Shown here: positions 17,730 through 27,935 of the stretch, piece after piece | Position numbering within the stretch: position 1 is the stretch's first letter | Layout of the letters: each line of letters opens with the position of its first letter | NCBI GenBank assembly: GCA_965222375.1 | Contig: CBDCTZ010000014.1 | Location: 928,001-992,000, forward strand | Source of the DNA: Polyangiaceae bacterium | GTDB lineage: Bacteria > Myxococcota_A > Polyangia > Polyangiales > Polyangiaceae | Direction of reading: 5' to 3' | DNA: 64,000 nucleotides | Notes under the pieces: model-generated | Told to the model about the DNA's origin: nothing | Databases searched by the model: none | Seen by the model: only the letters and a program-made list of their open reading frames with translations | Translations under genes and position numbers: made by a program

Positions 17730-19241
17730 CTACGGCGGGTTGACGCAATCCAGGCGGAGCAATTCGATTTCGCGTGGCAGTCCCACCGTTGGCCAAGCGA
17801 TGACGAGGCTGTCGTTGTCGGGAGACGCGATGATGGTGGGGATGCCCGAGAATTTGGGGGCGAAGGCGTAGCTGGTCTCGAGGCCGATGGCTTCGTTGAC
17901 GAGGCTGAGCACCATGTTGGGAGCGGCGCCTGGTGAATCGTTGACCCAGACCGCAGCCACGCCGCTTCCGAAGGCGGTAGCGTCCATGTCGAAGGGCACG
18001 GCGGTGGGGCCGCTGATGATGCCCGGGCCGACCGTGCCAGCTTTCGCGACGTCGCGGCGCATGACCCGAACGGGACCCAGACCCGTTTGGGTCACGCCGC
18101 GCCAGACCACGTACATGCCATCGGGATGGGCGGCGGCGCTCAATGCGGCGATGCGCTCTTCGGTGCTGATGCCGCCGGCGAAGCTCACCTGGGCGTTCTG
18201 GTCGACAAAGAAGATCCGGATTTGGGTCGGTGGGCCGTAGCTGCCGGGGTCGCCGCAGCCGACTTGGGGCGTCTTCGTACCGGAAGACGCCGCGACGAGC
18301 CAACCGTCTTTGTAGGGCACGGCGTCGGCCTTGATGCTTTGAGTGGCGCAGGTGAGCAACTTTGAAGTGGTGTTGATCACACCACCGGAGGTGTGCACGA
18401 CGTCGGCGAATAGATGACCACTGGGCAAGAACGAGCCGACCAGGTGATGCCCCGGGGGACCGCGCGTCACGAACTTGGAAAGGGGACCCGATAGGGGCGC
18501 TTGCGAGGTTGAGCCGGGACCACCGCCTTGGGGGTCGACACGCGGACGGATCCAACCTTTATTCTGCAGGCTGGCCGTAGCCGCGAACCTGCCGCCAAAG
18601 CCGCGCCCGACTTCGAGCACTTGCTGCACCGTGGATCCGCCAAAGCTGGTGTGGGGAGCGGAGAAGATCCCATTCTGCGGCCAGTTCTGCCAAGGCCGGA
18701 ACGCGCCGTGTTGCACCTCAGCGAAGGGGCCCGGGCTTTCGATGGGGCGGCGCAGGAAAGCCAACGTCACTCGCTTTCCGTTGTTGTTCGACGCGACCAG
18801 GGATGGCAGCAGCTTGTCGTAGAAGGGGCTCTGGGTGCGCAGCAAGGGAGACACTTGCAGCAATGATGAGCAGTTCAAGCTGCCGCCGGTGCCACCACTT
18901 CCTCCGCTGCCTCCGCTGGCGCCCGTGCCGCTCGTAGCTGCAGTTCCGCCAACTCCGCCGCTTGCTCCGCCAGAAGCGCCAATTCCGCCACTGCCGCCAA
19001 TTCCGCCGCCCGCTCCGCCGCCTGCTCCGCCAGAGGCACCGCTGCCAGCTGTCGCCGCGCCGCCACCAACGCCGCTGTTGCCGCCATTGCCGGATGCGCT
19101 TTCGTCGCTCCCGAGCAGCGCGGAGCGCGAACCACAGGCGGCGCTGAGCGCCACTGCGGCAACGAGCCCGCCCCCGCGCGCGCGCTTCAAGACGGCAGCT
19201 ACAACGTGCAGACGCCGATGCCGGGTATCAGTTGCAGGCAT
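17730..19241 (-). CDS. Hypothetical lipoprotein (Gly-rich linker plus beta-rich domain)
   Basis: SAAC-GSRSAL lipobox. Start uncertain. Confidence 0.7.
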   Translation of the reverse strand: MPATDTRHRRLHVVAAVLKRARGGGLVAAVALSAACGSRSALLGSDESASGNGGNSGVGGGAATAGSGASGGAGGGAGGGIGGSGGIGASGGASGGVGGTAATSGTGASGGSGGSGGTGGSLNCSSLLQVSPLLRTQSPFYDKLLPSLVASNNNGKRVTLAFLRRPIESPGPFAEVQHGAFRPWQNWPQNGIFSAPHTSFGGSTVQQVLEVGRGFGGRFAATASLQNKGWIRPRVDPQGGGPGSTSQAPLSGPLSKFVTRGPPGHHLVGSFLPSGHLFADVVHTSGGVINTTSKLLTCATQSIKADAVPYKDGWLVAASSGTKTPQVGCGDPGSYGPPTQIRIFFVDQNAQVSFAGGISTEERIAALSAAAHPDGMYVVWRGVTQTGLGPVRVMRRDVAKAGTVGPGIISGPTAVPFDMDATAFGSGVAAVWVNDSPGAAPNMVLSLVNEAIGLETSYAFAPKFSGIPTIIASPDNDSLVIAWPTVGLPREIELLRLDCVNPP

Positions 19242-19738
19242 TTGTATCCCTCGGCGACGCGACAGTCCTCGTTCTTGGAACACGGCGGCGCGCACATGGT
19301 CAAGCTGACGCTACCTTGGCCACCGCTGACGGAACTCGTGGAGCAGCCTGCTTCCGGGCCGCACTCGTCGGGTCCGCCGTCTTTGCCGCAGGCCTTGGAG
19401 CAGAAGCCGCCGGGGAAGGTGATCTCAGGAGCGAAGCCGCCGCCAATGGTCGTCCAACACTCGGCGTCTGCGGGAACTTTGCAGTCGTCGTTGGTGGTGC
19501 AGGCATCGCCGATCTGTCCGCCGCCGGTCGTGCCCGCACCGCTGCCGCCGGAACTCGCACCACCGGAACCCGTGCCCGCACCCGTTCCACCGCTGGAAGA
19601 CGCGCCGGTACCGCTACCTCCGGTGCCTTGTCCGCCGCCACCTTCGGATGCGCTGCACGCGACCGTGGCAAAGACAACCGCCGATACTCCCAACACTGCC
19701 CACCGCACCGTGGCGGGCAGTGTGCCATAGAAGTGCAC
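19199..19738 (-). CDS. Cys-rich lipoprotein
   Basis: TVAC lipobox; IGDACTTNDDC, FPGGFCSKAC, CRVAEGYKC. Confidence 0.75.
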   Translation of the reverse strand: MHFYGTLPATVRWAVLGVSAVVFATVACSASEGGGGQGTGGSGTGASSSGGTGAGTGSGGASSGGSGAGTTGGGQIGDACTTNDDCKVPADAECWTTIGGGFAPEITFPGGFCSKACGKDGGPDECGPEAGCSTSSVSGGQGSVSLTMCAPPCSKNEDCRVAEGYKCLQLIPGIGVCTL

Positions 19739-19807
19739 CGATTCAAGCGAATCGATACACTTCTATCCTGTTCGTCGGGAGCACAGCTCCCGCCCCGCTC
19801 ACGAAAC

Positions 19808-21028
19808 CTAGCTGGCTGTGGCGGCGGATAGCACGCTGTGGTGAAAGCCCAGGCGTGGGTCGTCTAGGGGGCCGAGGCGTTTGGGGAAAAACTCCCGCGC
19901 GGAGGGGAAGGGCACCGCTTTGCGCAGGCTGAGGCTGGGGTAGTCGTAGACCAGCACTTGGTTCAGGCCGCGATGGGCGCTGAGCAGGAACTTGCCACAG
20001 GACGAGATGGCCAAGCCGTAGCTGCCGTCGAGGGCGCTGCCTCGGGCGATGCGAATCGCCTTGAAGAAGTTGTGGGTGTGGTCGAGCACGTTGGCGCGGC
20101 TCAGGGCCTCGACCAGGTTGGCGATGCCCGCGCGCGCGTTCTTGACGGCGTTCCAGCCCACGACGCGTTCGTCGATGTAGCGCACGCGGTCGAAGGTGTC
20201 CAAGTCGACCATGGCAATCGCGCTGGACGCGCAGGCGTTGTAAAGCACGCGATCTCGGGTGACGATCACATCGCTGGTCAGCGAGCCGGGCATGTCCTTG
20301 GGAATGGCAACATGTCGCAGCACTTCGGCGCGCTCGCCGTCGATCTCGAACAAGTAGTTCTTGAAGTGCGCGATGGTGTACTCCGCGAACTCCATATTGC
20401 CCTGTGCGGTGCAGCGCTGTGTCGGCGCATAGAACACGTCCTTTTCTGGATGCACGCCCAGGTGCCACACCGTCGCAGGTAGCTTGACGATGCGCGCCTT
20501 CTTGGTTTCCAGGTCGAAGATCCCAACCTGGTTGGCGTAACCGTGGGCGTCGTGATCCATCGCGCCGTAGAAAAGGTAGCGCCCCGAGGGCGAGCGCTTG
20601 ATGGCATGAGGCAGCGTCACGCCATGAGCGCCGAGGTGCTCCGGTTCGGACAGATCCGACATGTGGAAACGCCAGAAGCTCGAGCCCAACACGGTGACGA
20701 AGCTTTCGTCATCCAGCCACACCACGTGAGTTTGGCTCGAGTAGGCGACATCCGGTGCGGCCCAGCGCAAAGTGGAAACGCGTTTGACCTCTTCGAGGGT
20801 GCGCGGATCGTAGAACAGCAGCATCTGCGACAGATTGCCCAGGTAGCCCAAGGTGCCGGATGGGTTGATCTGGGTGGCGTGGCCGCCGGAAAGGCCGGTG
20901 AAGAAGCGCACCTGGACGTCGTAGTCGTCTTGGGCCGGAGCGGCGCGCAGGCGGGCGATCCCCGCGAGGCCTTCGAAGCCGTTGAGACCGAAACCATCCA
21001 GCGCGATGAACAGATCGAAGCGTTCCAT
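19808..21028 (-). CDS. Beta-propeller (YVTN/lactonase-like) protein
   Basis: Repeating blades (PHAIKRSPSGRYLF, WHLGVHP, YGLAISSCGKFL); no signal peptide. Confidence 0.65.
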   Translation of the reverse strand: MERFDLFIALDGFGLNGFEGLAGIARLRAAPAQDDYDVQVRFFTGLSGGHATQINPSGTLGYLGNLSQMLLFYDPRTLEEVKRVSTLRWAAPDVAYSSQTHVVWLDDESFVTVLGSSFWRFHMSDLSEPEHLGAHGVTLPHAIKRSPSGRYLFYGAMDHDAHGYANQVGIFDLETKKARIVKLPATVWHLGVHPEKDVFYAPTQRCTAQGNMEFAEYTIAHFKNYLFEIDGERAEVLRHVAIPKDMPGSLTSDVIVTRDRVLYNACASSAIAMVDLDTFDRVRYIDERVVGWNAVKNARAGIANLVEALSRANVLDHTHNFFKAIRIARGSALDGSYGLAISSCGKFLLSAHRGLNQVLVYDYPSLSLRKAVPFPSAREFFPKRLGPLDDPRLGFHHSVLSAATAS

Positions 21029-21157
21029 GTCGCGCTTTGTAACGCCGTGCCGCGGCGCCGACTTTCGCCAGGGCGCCGAACGCTTGTGAATGGGCGCCGT
21101 GGCGTCGATGTTGGGCCGTGGGCGACGCCGCTAACAACGCTCTTGCCGATGGATTGC

Positions 21158-22237
21158 TCAGAGTTTCTCCCCGTCGCGGTAGACTTCCGACGGCGTGGCT
21201 AGGGTGGTTGGGTCTTGCAAGGGGTTTCGCTCCAAAATCAGCAGGCTCGCCCGCTTGCCTGGTCGCAGCGAACCGAGCTCGTCGAAGCCGAAGAACTCCG
21301 CTGGAGCTCGCGTTGCGCTGGCCAAGATCTCGCTGCCCGACAGGCCGGCGTTGGCCAGCGCCTCGATTTCGCGTCGGCTGATGCCCAGCTGCGACGTATT
21401 GCCGAAGTCCGTGCCGTAGAGGACCGTCGCGCCCTGGGCTCTGAGCGCCTGCAAGTTGTTCTGCGCCGTCGGGCCGCCGAAGGCAGAAAGGGTGCTGACC
21501 ACTGCACGGCCTTGCCAAGCTTTGATCGTCGCGGGGGACAGAGATTCGACGGGAGTGTGGGCCAGAGCATCCACGCCGGCGCGAGCCGCGCGCGCCACAT
21601 CATCGCCACCTAGCGCGTGGGCCACGACGGGCACCTTGGCTGCGTGGGCCTGCTTCACGATGGCGTCCAAACTCGCGTCGTCTAGGGCGGGCGCCTCGGT
21701 CAGAGGCACCTTGATCACGCGGGCGCCCTCCCCGAGCAGGGAAGTGACTGCGGCCTTGGCTGTCTCGGGTGTCGATACTTCGAAGCCGTAGCCGTCGCGT
21801 CCCCAACTCTGCGTCGGGTAGCCTCCCGCCGCCGTGATCATCGGCCCGGCGGCAACGACCTCCAGAGGCAAGGCGGCGAGCTCCGCCAAGAAACTGCGTG
21901 GCGCCGACAGATCTACGGCGCCGAGCACTCCGCCACGCGCTAACTCCTCGGCTCGTGGCAAGTACGCCAGGTGCACGTGACTGTCGATGACCGCGGCGGC
22001 GACGAACTTGCCGCTGATGTTCACTCTCGGAGCGGCATCGCTCACGCTGCCCATCGCGACGATGCGTCCTGCGCGAACTTCGATGTCCATTCGCTCGGCT
22101 CGCCCACTTTGCACCACGCTCCCACCCGCCAGCACGAAGTGTCCCTCTGCTGTGGGAGCGGGTTGGCTGCTTCTTTCCGTGTGGGGATCGGCGCGGCACG
22201 CAGAGAAGATCAGGGCTGCGCACAGGATCTGTCGCAT
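21158..22237 (-). CDS. Amidohydrolase-family lipoprotein
   Basis: IDSHVH, VIK, VAHA, LAH, YGTD, GSLRPGKRA. Confidence 0.88.
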   Translation of the reverse strand: MRQILCAALIFSACRADPHTERSSQPAPTAEGHFVLAGGSVVQSGRAERMDIEVRAGRIVAMGSVSDAAPRVNISGKFVAAAVIDSHVHLAYLPRAEELARGGVLGAVDLSAPRSFLAELAALPLEVVAAGPMITAAGGYPTQSWGRDGYGFEVSTPETAKAAVTSLLGEGARVIKVPLTEAPALDDASLDAIVKQAHAAKVPVVAHALGGDDVARAARAGVDALAHTPVESLSPATIKAWQGRAVVSTLSAFGGPTAQNNLQALRAQGATVLYGTDFGNTSQLGISRREIEALANAGLSGSEILASATRAPAEFFGFDELGSLRPGKRASLLILERNPLQDPTTLATPSEVYRDGEKL

Positions 22238-22278
22238 GACCGATCTACGAATCGGCTCTGCGAACTGATCGGACGGGT

Positions 22279-23100
22279 TCAAGCTTTATGCTTCGCCCGC
22301 CAGGCGCTGGGCGCCTGCCCCACTTTCTTTCGAAAAAGTGCGCTGAAGTGCTGCAGGGAGGCGCACCCCACGTCTAGGGCGATGCGGGTCAAGGGCGCCG
22401 CGCTATCCAACATCAGGCGCTGAGCCACCCGGATCCGGGTCGCGCTGAGCGCGTCCACGAAGGTGGTGCCCGCTTCACTCAAGCGGCGCTGTAGCGTGCG
22501 CTCGGACAGCCCGAGGGTCTTGGACGCATCCGCAACGCTCGCCTTTGCCAAGTTGGATTCCAAGTACCCCTCGAGCTCACGCACGATGGCTGGCTTGCCG
22601 AGTCCAAGCTCGTGGAGTTCGCCAATGGTGCGAGCGATCTGTTCTGCGTCGAGCTCCAGCCCTTCTAGCGCCCATTGAACCGCGGAGCCGCGATCTTCAA
22701 AAACTTGCACCGGATAGGGGCGTGGCATGACCTCGAAAAAGCCGGCCACGAGGGCTCCCTCCATGCCGCTGGGTCGAACCAATGCCAGCCGGAGGACCTG
22801 AGCCGCGAGCTGCTCGAAGTTGGCGCGCACGTAGGCGTCCAAGGCCTCGAAGGCGCCCACGTCGGCGCCCTCGAGGCAGCTGGTATCGACGATGGACACA
22901 TGGGGCACCGCCGGGCGGTCCAGCTCGATGACCAGGCTGCGGCCGAGGGCCAGGGCGACATCGAGATTCGGTCGACCCCAGAGCAGCACGCCCCAGAGCT
23001 CGGGCGCCGCGCAGAAGTGCAGGTACGAGTCGCCCGTGACATATCGGCCCACGGGGCTTTCGGACATCTCTTTCACCGTCGCGGGCTGCATGCGCACCAC
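22279..23100 (-). CDS. AraC-family transcriptional regulator
   Basis: LGLSERTLQRRL...IALDVGCASLQHFSALFRKKVGQAPSAWR. Confidence 0.9.
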   Translation of the reverse strand: MVRMQPATVKEMSESPVGRYVTGDSYLHFCAAPELWGVLLWGRPNLDVALALGRSLVIELDRPAVPHVSIVDTSCLEGADVGAFEALDAYVRANFEQLAAQVLRLALVRPSGMEGALVAGFFEVMPRPYPVQVFEDRGSAVQWALEGLELDAEQIARTIGELHELGLGKPAIVRELEGYLESNLAKASVADASKTLGLSERTLQRRLSEAGTTFVDALSATRIRVAQRLMLDSAAPLTRIALDVGCASLQHFSALFRKKVGQAPSAWRAKHKA

Positions 23101-23148
23101 CGAAGCGGACGGAGGCTTGCCGTCGCGCCCAAGGAAAATAGCACGACG

Positions 23149-25068
23149 TTACGCAGGACTGAGCTCGGAAAGCTCGGTCTCCAGGCGCTCCCACTCTCGC
23201 GTCAGCTTTTCCTGATCGCGAACGAGTCGCGCCTTTTCTCGTTCCAGCTCTGCGATCCGATCATTTGGTGTCTTCACGTAGAACTCTGGGTCTCCGTAGA
23301 GTTCATCGATTTCCCCGATGCGGGTTTCGACCGTCGTGATCTTTTCCAGCACCGAGTCGCGCTGCTTGGGCAGCGCTCGCAGGCGTTTTTCACGCTCTTT
23401 CGCCTCGGCTCGGGTGTCGGTGTTCTTTTTCCCTTTGGCCCGCTTGTCACGCTTGGCCCGGAGCTCGACCTGGTCTGCGTCCAGGTGGTCGTCGCCTTGG
23501 CGCTCGAGATATTCGCCGTAGTTGCCGGCGAAGTCGTTCAAGCCATCGCGCTTCACTTCGATGATTCGGGTCGCCAGGCGCGAAACGAACCAGCGATCGT
23601 GGGATACGAAGATCAGGGTGCCTTCATAGCTTTCTAGTGCTTCCACCAGGGCCTCGATGGACTCCAAGTCCAAGTGGTTGGTGGGCTCGTCCAACACCAA
23701 GACATTGGGCTTTTGCACCATCAGTCGACTCATCACTAGACGGGTCGACTCCCCACCACTCAAGGACGAGATCTTCTTTTCCACTTCGTCGCGGCTGAAC
23801 AGCAGGCGTCCGAGGACGCCGCGAACGAAACTCGTGCCTTCCTGCGGGCAGATTTCCCAAAGATAGTCGAGGGCGGTCTGCTTCGGCTTGGTCAGCTGGT
23901 CTTTGTGATCCTGAGCAAAGTAGCCGACGTGGGTTTCGTGCCCCCAATTCACTTCGCCAGAGTCCTGGCTCAGGTTGTCCGTCAGGATCTTGAGCAGGGT
24001 GGACTTGCCCAAGCCGTTGGCGCCGATGACCGCCACGCGCTCGCCTCGGCGGATCGTGAACTCGGTGTCTCGCAGCACGACGTTGTCGCCATAGGATTTG
24101 CCCAGCGCTTTGACTTCGAGCACGTCCTTGCCACTCGGGCGCGTAGTCTGAAAGCGAAATTTTGGGTAGCGCCTAGATGATGGCGCCAGCTTCTCGACCT
24201 CGATCTTCTCGATCTGTTTGACCCGACTTTGGGCTTGTCGCGCCTTGGTCGCCTTGGCCTTGAAGCGCTCCACGAAGGCCTTCTTCTCGGCGATGGTCTT
24301 TTCTGCTCGGGCGATTTCGGTCTCTTTGCGCTCCCGGGTCAACACCTTCTGCTCCATGAACGCGCTGTAGTTGCCCGGATATTGCACGACCGTGCCGTAG
24401 TCCACGTCCAGGATGTGGGTGGCGATGTTGTCGAGGAAGCGTTGATCGTGGCTGATGATCACGGCGCAGCCCTTGAACCCCACCAGGAATTTTTCGAGCC
24501 AGCGAATACTCAGGATGTCCAAGTGGTTCGTGGGTTCGTCGAGAAACAGCGCGTCGGGGCGACTCACGAGAGTCTGCGCCAGCAGCACGCGCAGCTTGTA
24601 ACCGCCGCTGAGGGTTCGGAGCGGTGATCGCAATTGGCCTTCTTCCAGGCCGAGCCCCACCAGAACCTGCGCGGCGCGGGATTCCAGGGTGTAGCCGTCA
24701 TGGGCGCGCAGGATCTCGTCGATCTCGCCGATGCGGTGTGGATCCGGGTCTGGATCTTCGGCCAGCGCGTCCTGCTCCCGCAGGGCTCGAAACACCTGCT
24801 CGTCGCCCATCATGGCCACGTCCAAGATGATCTGGTCGTCGCTTTCGAAGCGGTCCTGGCGCAAAACGCCCATGCGGGCGTTCTTGGGGAATGTGATTTC
24901 GCCGCCACTGCTCGGTTCGTCCCCGGTCAGGAGCTTCAGGAAGGTGGTTTTTCCCGATCCATTGGCCCCCACCAAGCCGTAGCGGCTGCCGGCATTGAGC
25001 TGCAGCGTCACGTCCTCGAATAGGGACTGAGGCCCGAAGGCCTTGGACAGGTTGGAAATCCCGATCAC
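23149..25068 (-). CDS. ABC-F family ATPase
   Basis: Two ABC domains (GANGSGKT and GANGLGKS, LSGG, LDEPTNHLD twice); no TM helices. Confidence 0.95.
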   Translation of the reverse strand: MIGISNLSKAFGPQSLFEDVTLQLNAGSRYGLVGANGSGKTTFLKLLTGDEPSSGGEITFPKNARMGVLRQDRFESDDQIILDVAMMGDEQVFRALREQDALAEDPDPDPHRIGEIDEILRAHDGYTLESRAAQVLVGLGLEEGQLRSPLRTLSGGYKLRVLLAQTLVSRPDALFLDEPTNHLDILSIRWLEKFLVGFKGCAVIISHDQRFLDNIATHILDVDYGTVVQYPGNYSAFMEQKVLTRERKETEIARAEKTIAEKKAFVERFKAKATKARQAQSRVKQIEKIEVEKLAPSSRRYPKFRFQTTRPSGKDVLEVKALGKSYGDNVVLRDTEFTIRRGERVAVIGANGLGKSTLLKILTDNLSQDSGEVNWGHETHVGYFAQDHKDQLTKPKQTALDYLWEICPQEGTSFVRGVLGRLLFSRDEVEKKISSLSGGESTRLVMSRLMVQKPNVLVLDEPTNHLDLESIEALVEALESYEGTLIFVSHDRWFVSRLATRIIEVKRDGLNDFAGNYGEYLERQGDDHLDADQVELRAKRDKRAKGKKNTDTRAEAKEREKRLRALPKQRDSVLEKITTVETRIGEIDELYGDPEFYVKTPNDRIAELEREKARLVRDQEKLTREWERLETELSELSPA

Positions 25069-25208
25069 CGCGCCGACCTATCACAAAACCGGGGTGGTGA
25101 CGCGCGCACACAAGCGAATGGCGCGGTGAAAAAAGCCCAGCCTCGGGGCCGCGCTTAGGGTCAGCCTGTCGCGGCCGCCAAAAGCCGCACAAAAAAGGGA
25201 GAGCCGCC

Positions 25209-26072
25209 TTGCCCACACTCAGCTTTCGTTCTTTGCCGACCTGGCGTCGGGTTGCGCTGGCTTCCTGGCGCGCGGCGGACGACCCGACCATCTACGGCTG
25301 GTTGGATGTCGACGCCACGAACCTCCTCGACTTCGTGCGCCGAGCGCGGGACGAAACTAGACTGGCGGTGACTCTGACCCACGTCGTCGGCAAGGCTGCG
25401 GCCACGGCCCTTGCGGAAGTGCCGGACTGCAACGCGGCGGTCACCCGACGCGGGCTGATGCGTCGCGACGGTGTGGACGTGTTCTTTTCGGTTGCGCTTG
25501 GCGACGGCAAGAACCTGGCCGGAGCAAAGCTGGAAAATGTCCAACGCATGAACGTGAGCCAGATTGCTCAGGAGCTTTCGCAGCGCGTCGACGACATTCG
25601 CGTCAAGAAGGACAGTCCGATCCAGCGCTCTCAGTCCGTGCTGCGTAGAATTCCGCAACGAGCGCTGCGGCGGGTCATGCATGCCTCCACTTCGCTTTCC
25701 TTCGACTACGGGCTCAACCTCGAAGGCGTCGGTATCGTTCGGGATCCCTTTGGGTCTGTGGTCGTCACAAATGTGGGCGTATTAGGCGTGGAACAAGGCT
25801 TTGCGCCACTGATCCCGGCTGGGCGAACGGCCGCAGTGCTCACCCTCGGCGAGGTCCGGGACAAAGTCATCGCCGTCAATGGAGAGCCAGTGGTTCGGCC
25901 CGTTCTGACGATCGGCGGCACCTTCGACCATCGCGTGGTCGACGGCGCGCACCTCGGCAAGATCTCGGCCATCTTGCGGCGCGTGCTGTCGGATCCGGCG
26001 CGCCAATTCGACACGGATCCAAAAGGCGGCATGGCTCCGTCACGGACACAATCGCAAATGCGGGTCTCATGA
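25209..26072 (+). CDS. 2-oxoacid dehydrogenase E2-like acyltransferase, catalytic domain only
   Basis: TFDHRVVDG (HxxxDG) and VTNVG; no lipoyl domain. Confidence 0.85.
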   Translation: MPTLSFRSLPTWRRVALASWRAADDPTIYGWLDVDATNLLDFVRRARDETRLAVTLTHVVGKAAATALAEVPDCNAAVTRRGLMRRDGVDVFFSVALGDGKNLAGAKLENVQRMNVSQIAQELSQRVDDIRVKKDSPIQRSQSVLRRIPQRALRRVMHASTSLSFDYGLNLEGVGIVRDPFGSVVVTNVGVLGVEQGFAPLIPAGRTAAVLTLGEVRDKVIAVNGEPVVRPVLTIGGTFDHRVVDGAHLGKISAILRRVLSDPARQFDTDPKGGMAPSRTQSQMRVS

Positions 26073-27331
26073 TGTTGTTGAGGCGGGTCCTGGTTGGGCT
26101 CGGATTGCCCCTCGCGCTGGCGCTCGCCGGCGCCTGCGGCACGGACGATCAACGCGGTGTCGCTCAGAATACCGGTGGCAGTGGCGCCCAAGGAGGAGGT
26201 AGCGGCGGCGTCATCGATGGCGGCGGTGGCGGTGCGGGTGGCTTCGCTGGCACTTGCGCGGTTGCCAGCGGGGACGTCGCTCCCAGCCCCGTGGACGTGA
26301 TCATCACCATCGATCAGTCCGCGAGCATGGGTGAAGAAACCGACGGCGTGATCAACAACTTGAACACGAGCTTGGCTAGCGTGCTCAAATCGTCGGGTAT
26401 CGACTACCGGGTCATCTTCGTGACGGGCGTTGCTGGTTTGCCCACAGGCCCCGAGTTTTTTCAGGCGAAAGCCAACGTAAACAGCTCGGATGCTCTCACG
26501 CTCCTGTTGTGGAGCTACGATGGCAACTACAAGAAGCCGAACACTTGCGAGAAGACACCACAGGCGGGCTTGGCATGGAAGGACAAGCTTCGCTACGAAG
26601 CGCAAAAGGTCTTCATTGCCGTCACCGACGACGACCCGGTCAGCTTCAACTGCGCGAATGCTGCTGCGAAGTGCACCACCAACTGCAGTGGTTGCGCGAG
26701 CAGCTGCGCGGGCTACTGCCCCTCCTTCCAGTGCCCGACCTTTGCCGACAAGGCCGCCGAATGGCCCGGAGGCGCGGACTTCCCAACGGAGCTCTACAAG
26801 CTTGCGCCCGCCGGCCAGTTCGGAACCGCCGCACGACCGAAATGGGTGATGCACTCGATCGTGCCCGTGGACAAGCAATACGGTCCCAGCGATCCCCTGA
26901 CGCCCCTGAACCAGGTCTGCAACGACAACGGCAACACCGGAGAAACCAGCGGCGTCGAATACCAGAAGCTCTCCAAGCTGACCGGCGGTTTGCGCTTTCC
27001 GAGCTGCAACACGGACTACTCGCCGGTGTTCAAGGAGATCGCGGCGACCATCGTGCCCTTGGCCTGCACCTTCCTCTTGGAGAGCACGACCCTGGGTACC
27101 CCGGATCCAAAAAAGACCAATGTTAACGTGGATTTAGGGGACGGAAGCGGGCCCAAGGTGATTCCCAAAGATGACACGGCTCCTTGCGAAGCGGGCGCCG
27201 AAGGTTGGCAGTTCACTTACAACAACGGCGCCGTGCGGCTGTGTGGATCCTTGTGCACCAAGATCCAGAACAGCCCCAGTGCGAAGGTCAGCGTGACCCT
27301 GGGCTGCGACACGCAACAAGTCGTCAAGTAA
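26069..27331 (+). CDS. vWA-domain Cys-rich lipoprotein
   Basis: AGAC lipobox; MIDAS DQSASM, VTDD. Confidence 0.8.
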   Translation: MMLLRRVLVGLGLPLALALAGACGTDDQRGVAQNTGGSGAQGGGSGGVIDGGGGGAGGFAGTCAVASGDVAPSPVDVIITIDQSASMGEETDGVINNLNTSLASVLKSSGIDYRVIFVTGVAGLPTGPEFFQAKANVNSSDALTLLLWSYDGNYKKPNTCEKTPQAGLAWKDKLRYEAQKVFIAVTDDDPVSFNCANAAAKCTTNCSGCASSCAGYCPSFQCPTFADKAAEWPGGADFPTELYKLAPAGQFGTAARPKWVMHSIVPVDKQYGPSDPLTPLNQVCNDNGNTGETSGVEYQKLSKLTGGLRFPSCNTDYSPVFKEIAATIVPLACTFLLESTTLGTPDPKKTNVNVDLGDGSGPKVIPKDDTAPCEAGAEGWQFTYNNGAVRLCGSLCTKIQNSPSAKVSVTLGCDTQQVVK

Positions 27332-27369
27332 CCCGGCGCGGGGGTTCCGCCGGTGGGGGCCCGGCGCGA

Positions 27370-27798
27370 TCAGGAGCCCGGCTCGAGGCGCTTGACCATG
27401 TCCGCCGCCTCGTCTCGATCCAGCTCGAGGACTTCCGCGGTCTCCATGATCAGCTCGCGTTCGCTGGTGCGAATGATGCCGTCCGCCGCCATGACTTGAA
27501 TCGCCAGGTCGAGGGCGACTTTGCGAGCGCCAGCGTCGGGTAGGCGAGCTTTGACCGCCTCGAGGCGCGCTGCGCGACCAGAGCTGGCCAGATTCTTTTG
27601 GCAGTCATCGATGAGCGTGTTCAGTCTGTCCACGTTCAAGCGATCGTCGGTTAGAGACTGCACGCTGCTCTTGAAGTGGACCTTTTCGGCCTCCGAGAAT
27701 TCCTCGTCGGCGTAGGCTGCCAAGAACATCATCTCCACGAGCGCATCGAGTTTGTCGTCGGAGAGGCCTTTTGCGGCGGACATATCGGGCTGAGTCAT
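27370..27798 (-). CDS. TerB-family (tellurite-resistance-like) protein
   Basis: AAYADEEFSEAEK and MAADGIIRTSER (two ADG..E motifs). Confidence 0.8.
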   Translation of the reverse strand: MTQPDMSAAKGLSDDKLDALVEMMFLAAYADEEFSEAEKVHFKSSVQSLTDDRLNVDRLNTLIDDCQKNLASSGRAARLEAVKARLPDAGARKVALDLAIQVMAADGIIRTSERELIMETAEVLELDRDEAADMVKRLEPGS

Positions 27799-27935
27799 TC
27801 TGGCGCAAGCGTACCCAAATTTTCCGATGTGGGATAGCAAGAGTGGGTTGGCACGATTCCGCAAGCAATCGGAATTGTGAGCGAATCCGATTCGCGGGTT
27901 TTCGGATCGAAAAAGCGTCCCTAAGGTCTGGCGTC

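Noticed and set aside
27849..27863. Sigma-54 promoter TGGCACG...GC
   Set aside because: GG to GC spacing is 9 nt rather than the required 10.
27871..27883. lac-operator-like GGAATTGTGAGCG (vector contamination or LacI site)
   Set aside because: Half-site only, followed by a different palindrome (GCGAATC-C-GATTCGC). No other vector sequence; likely chance.
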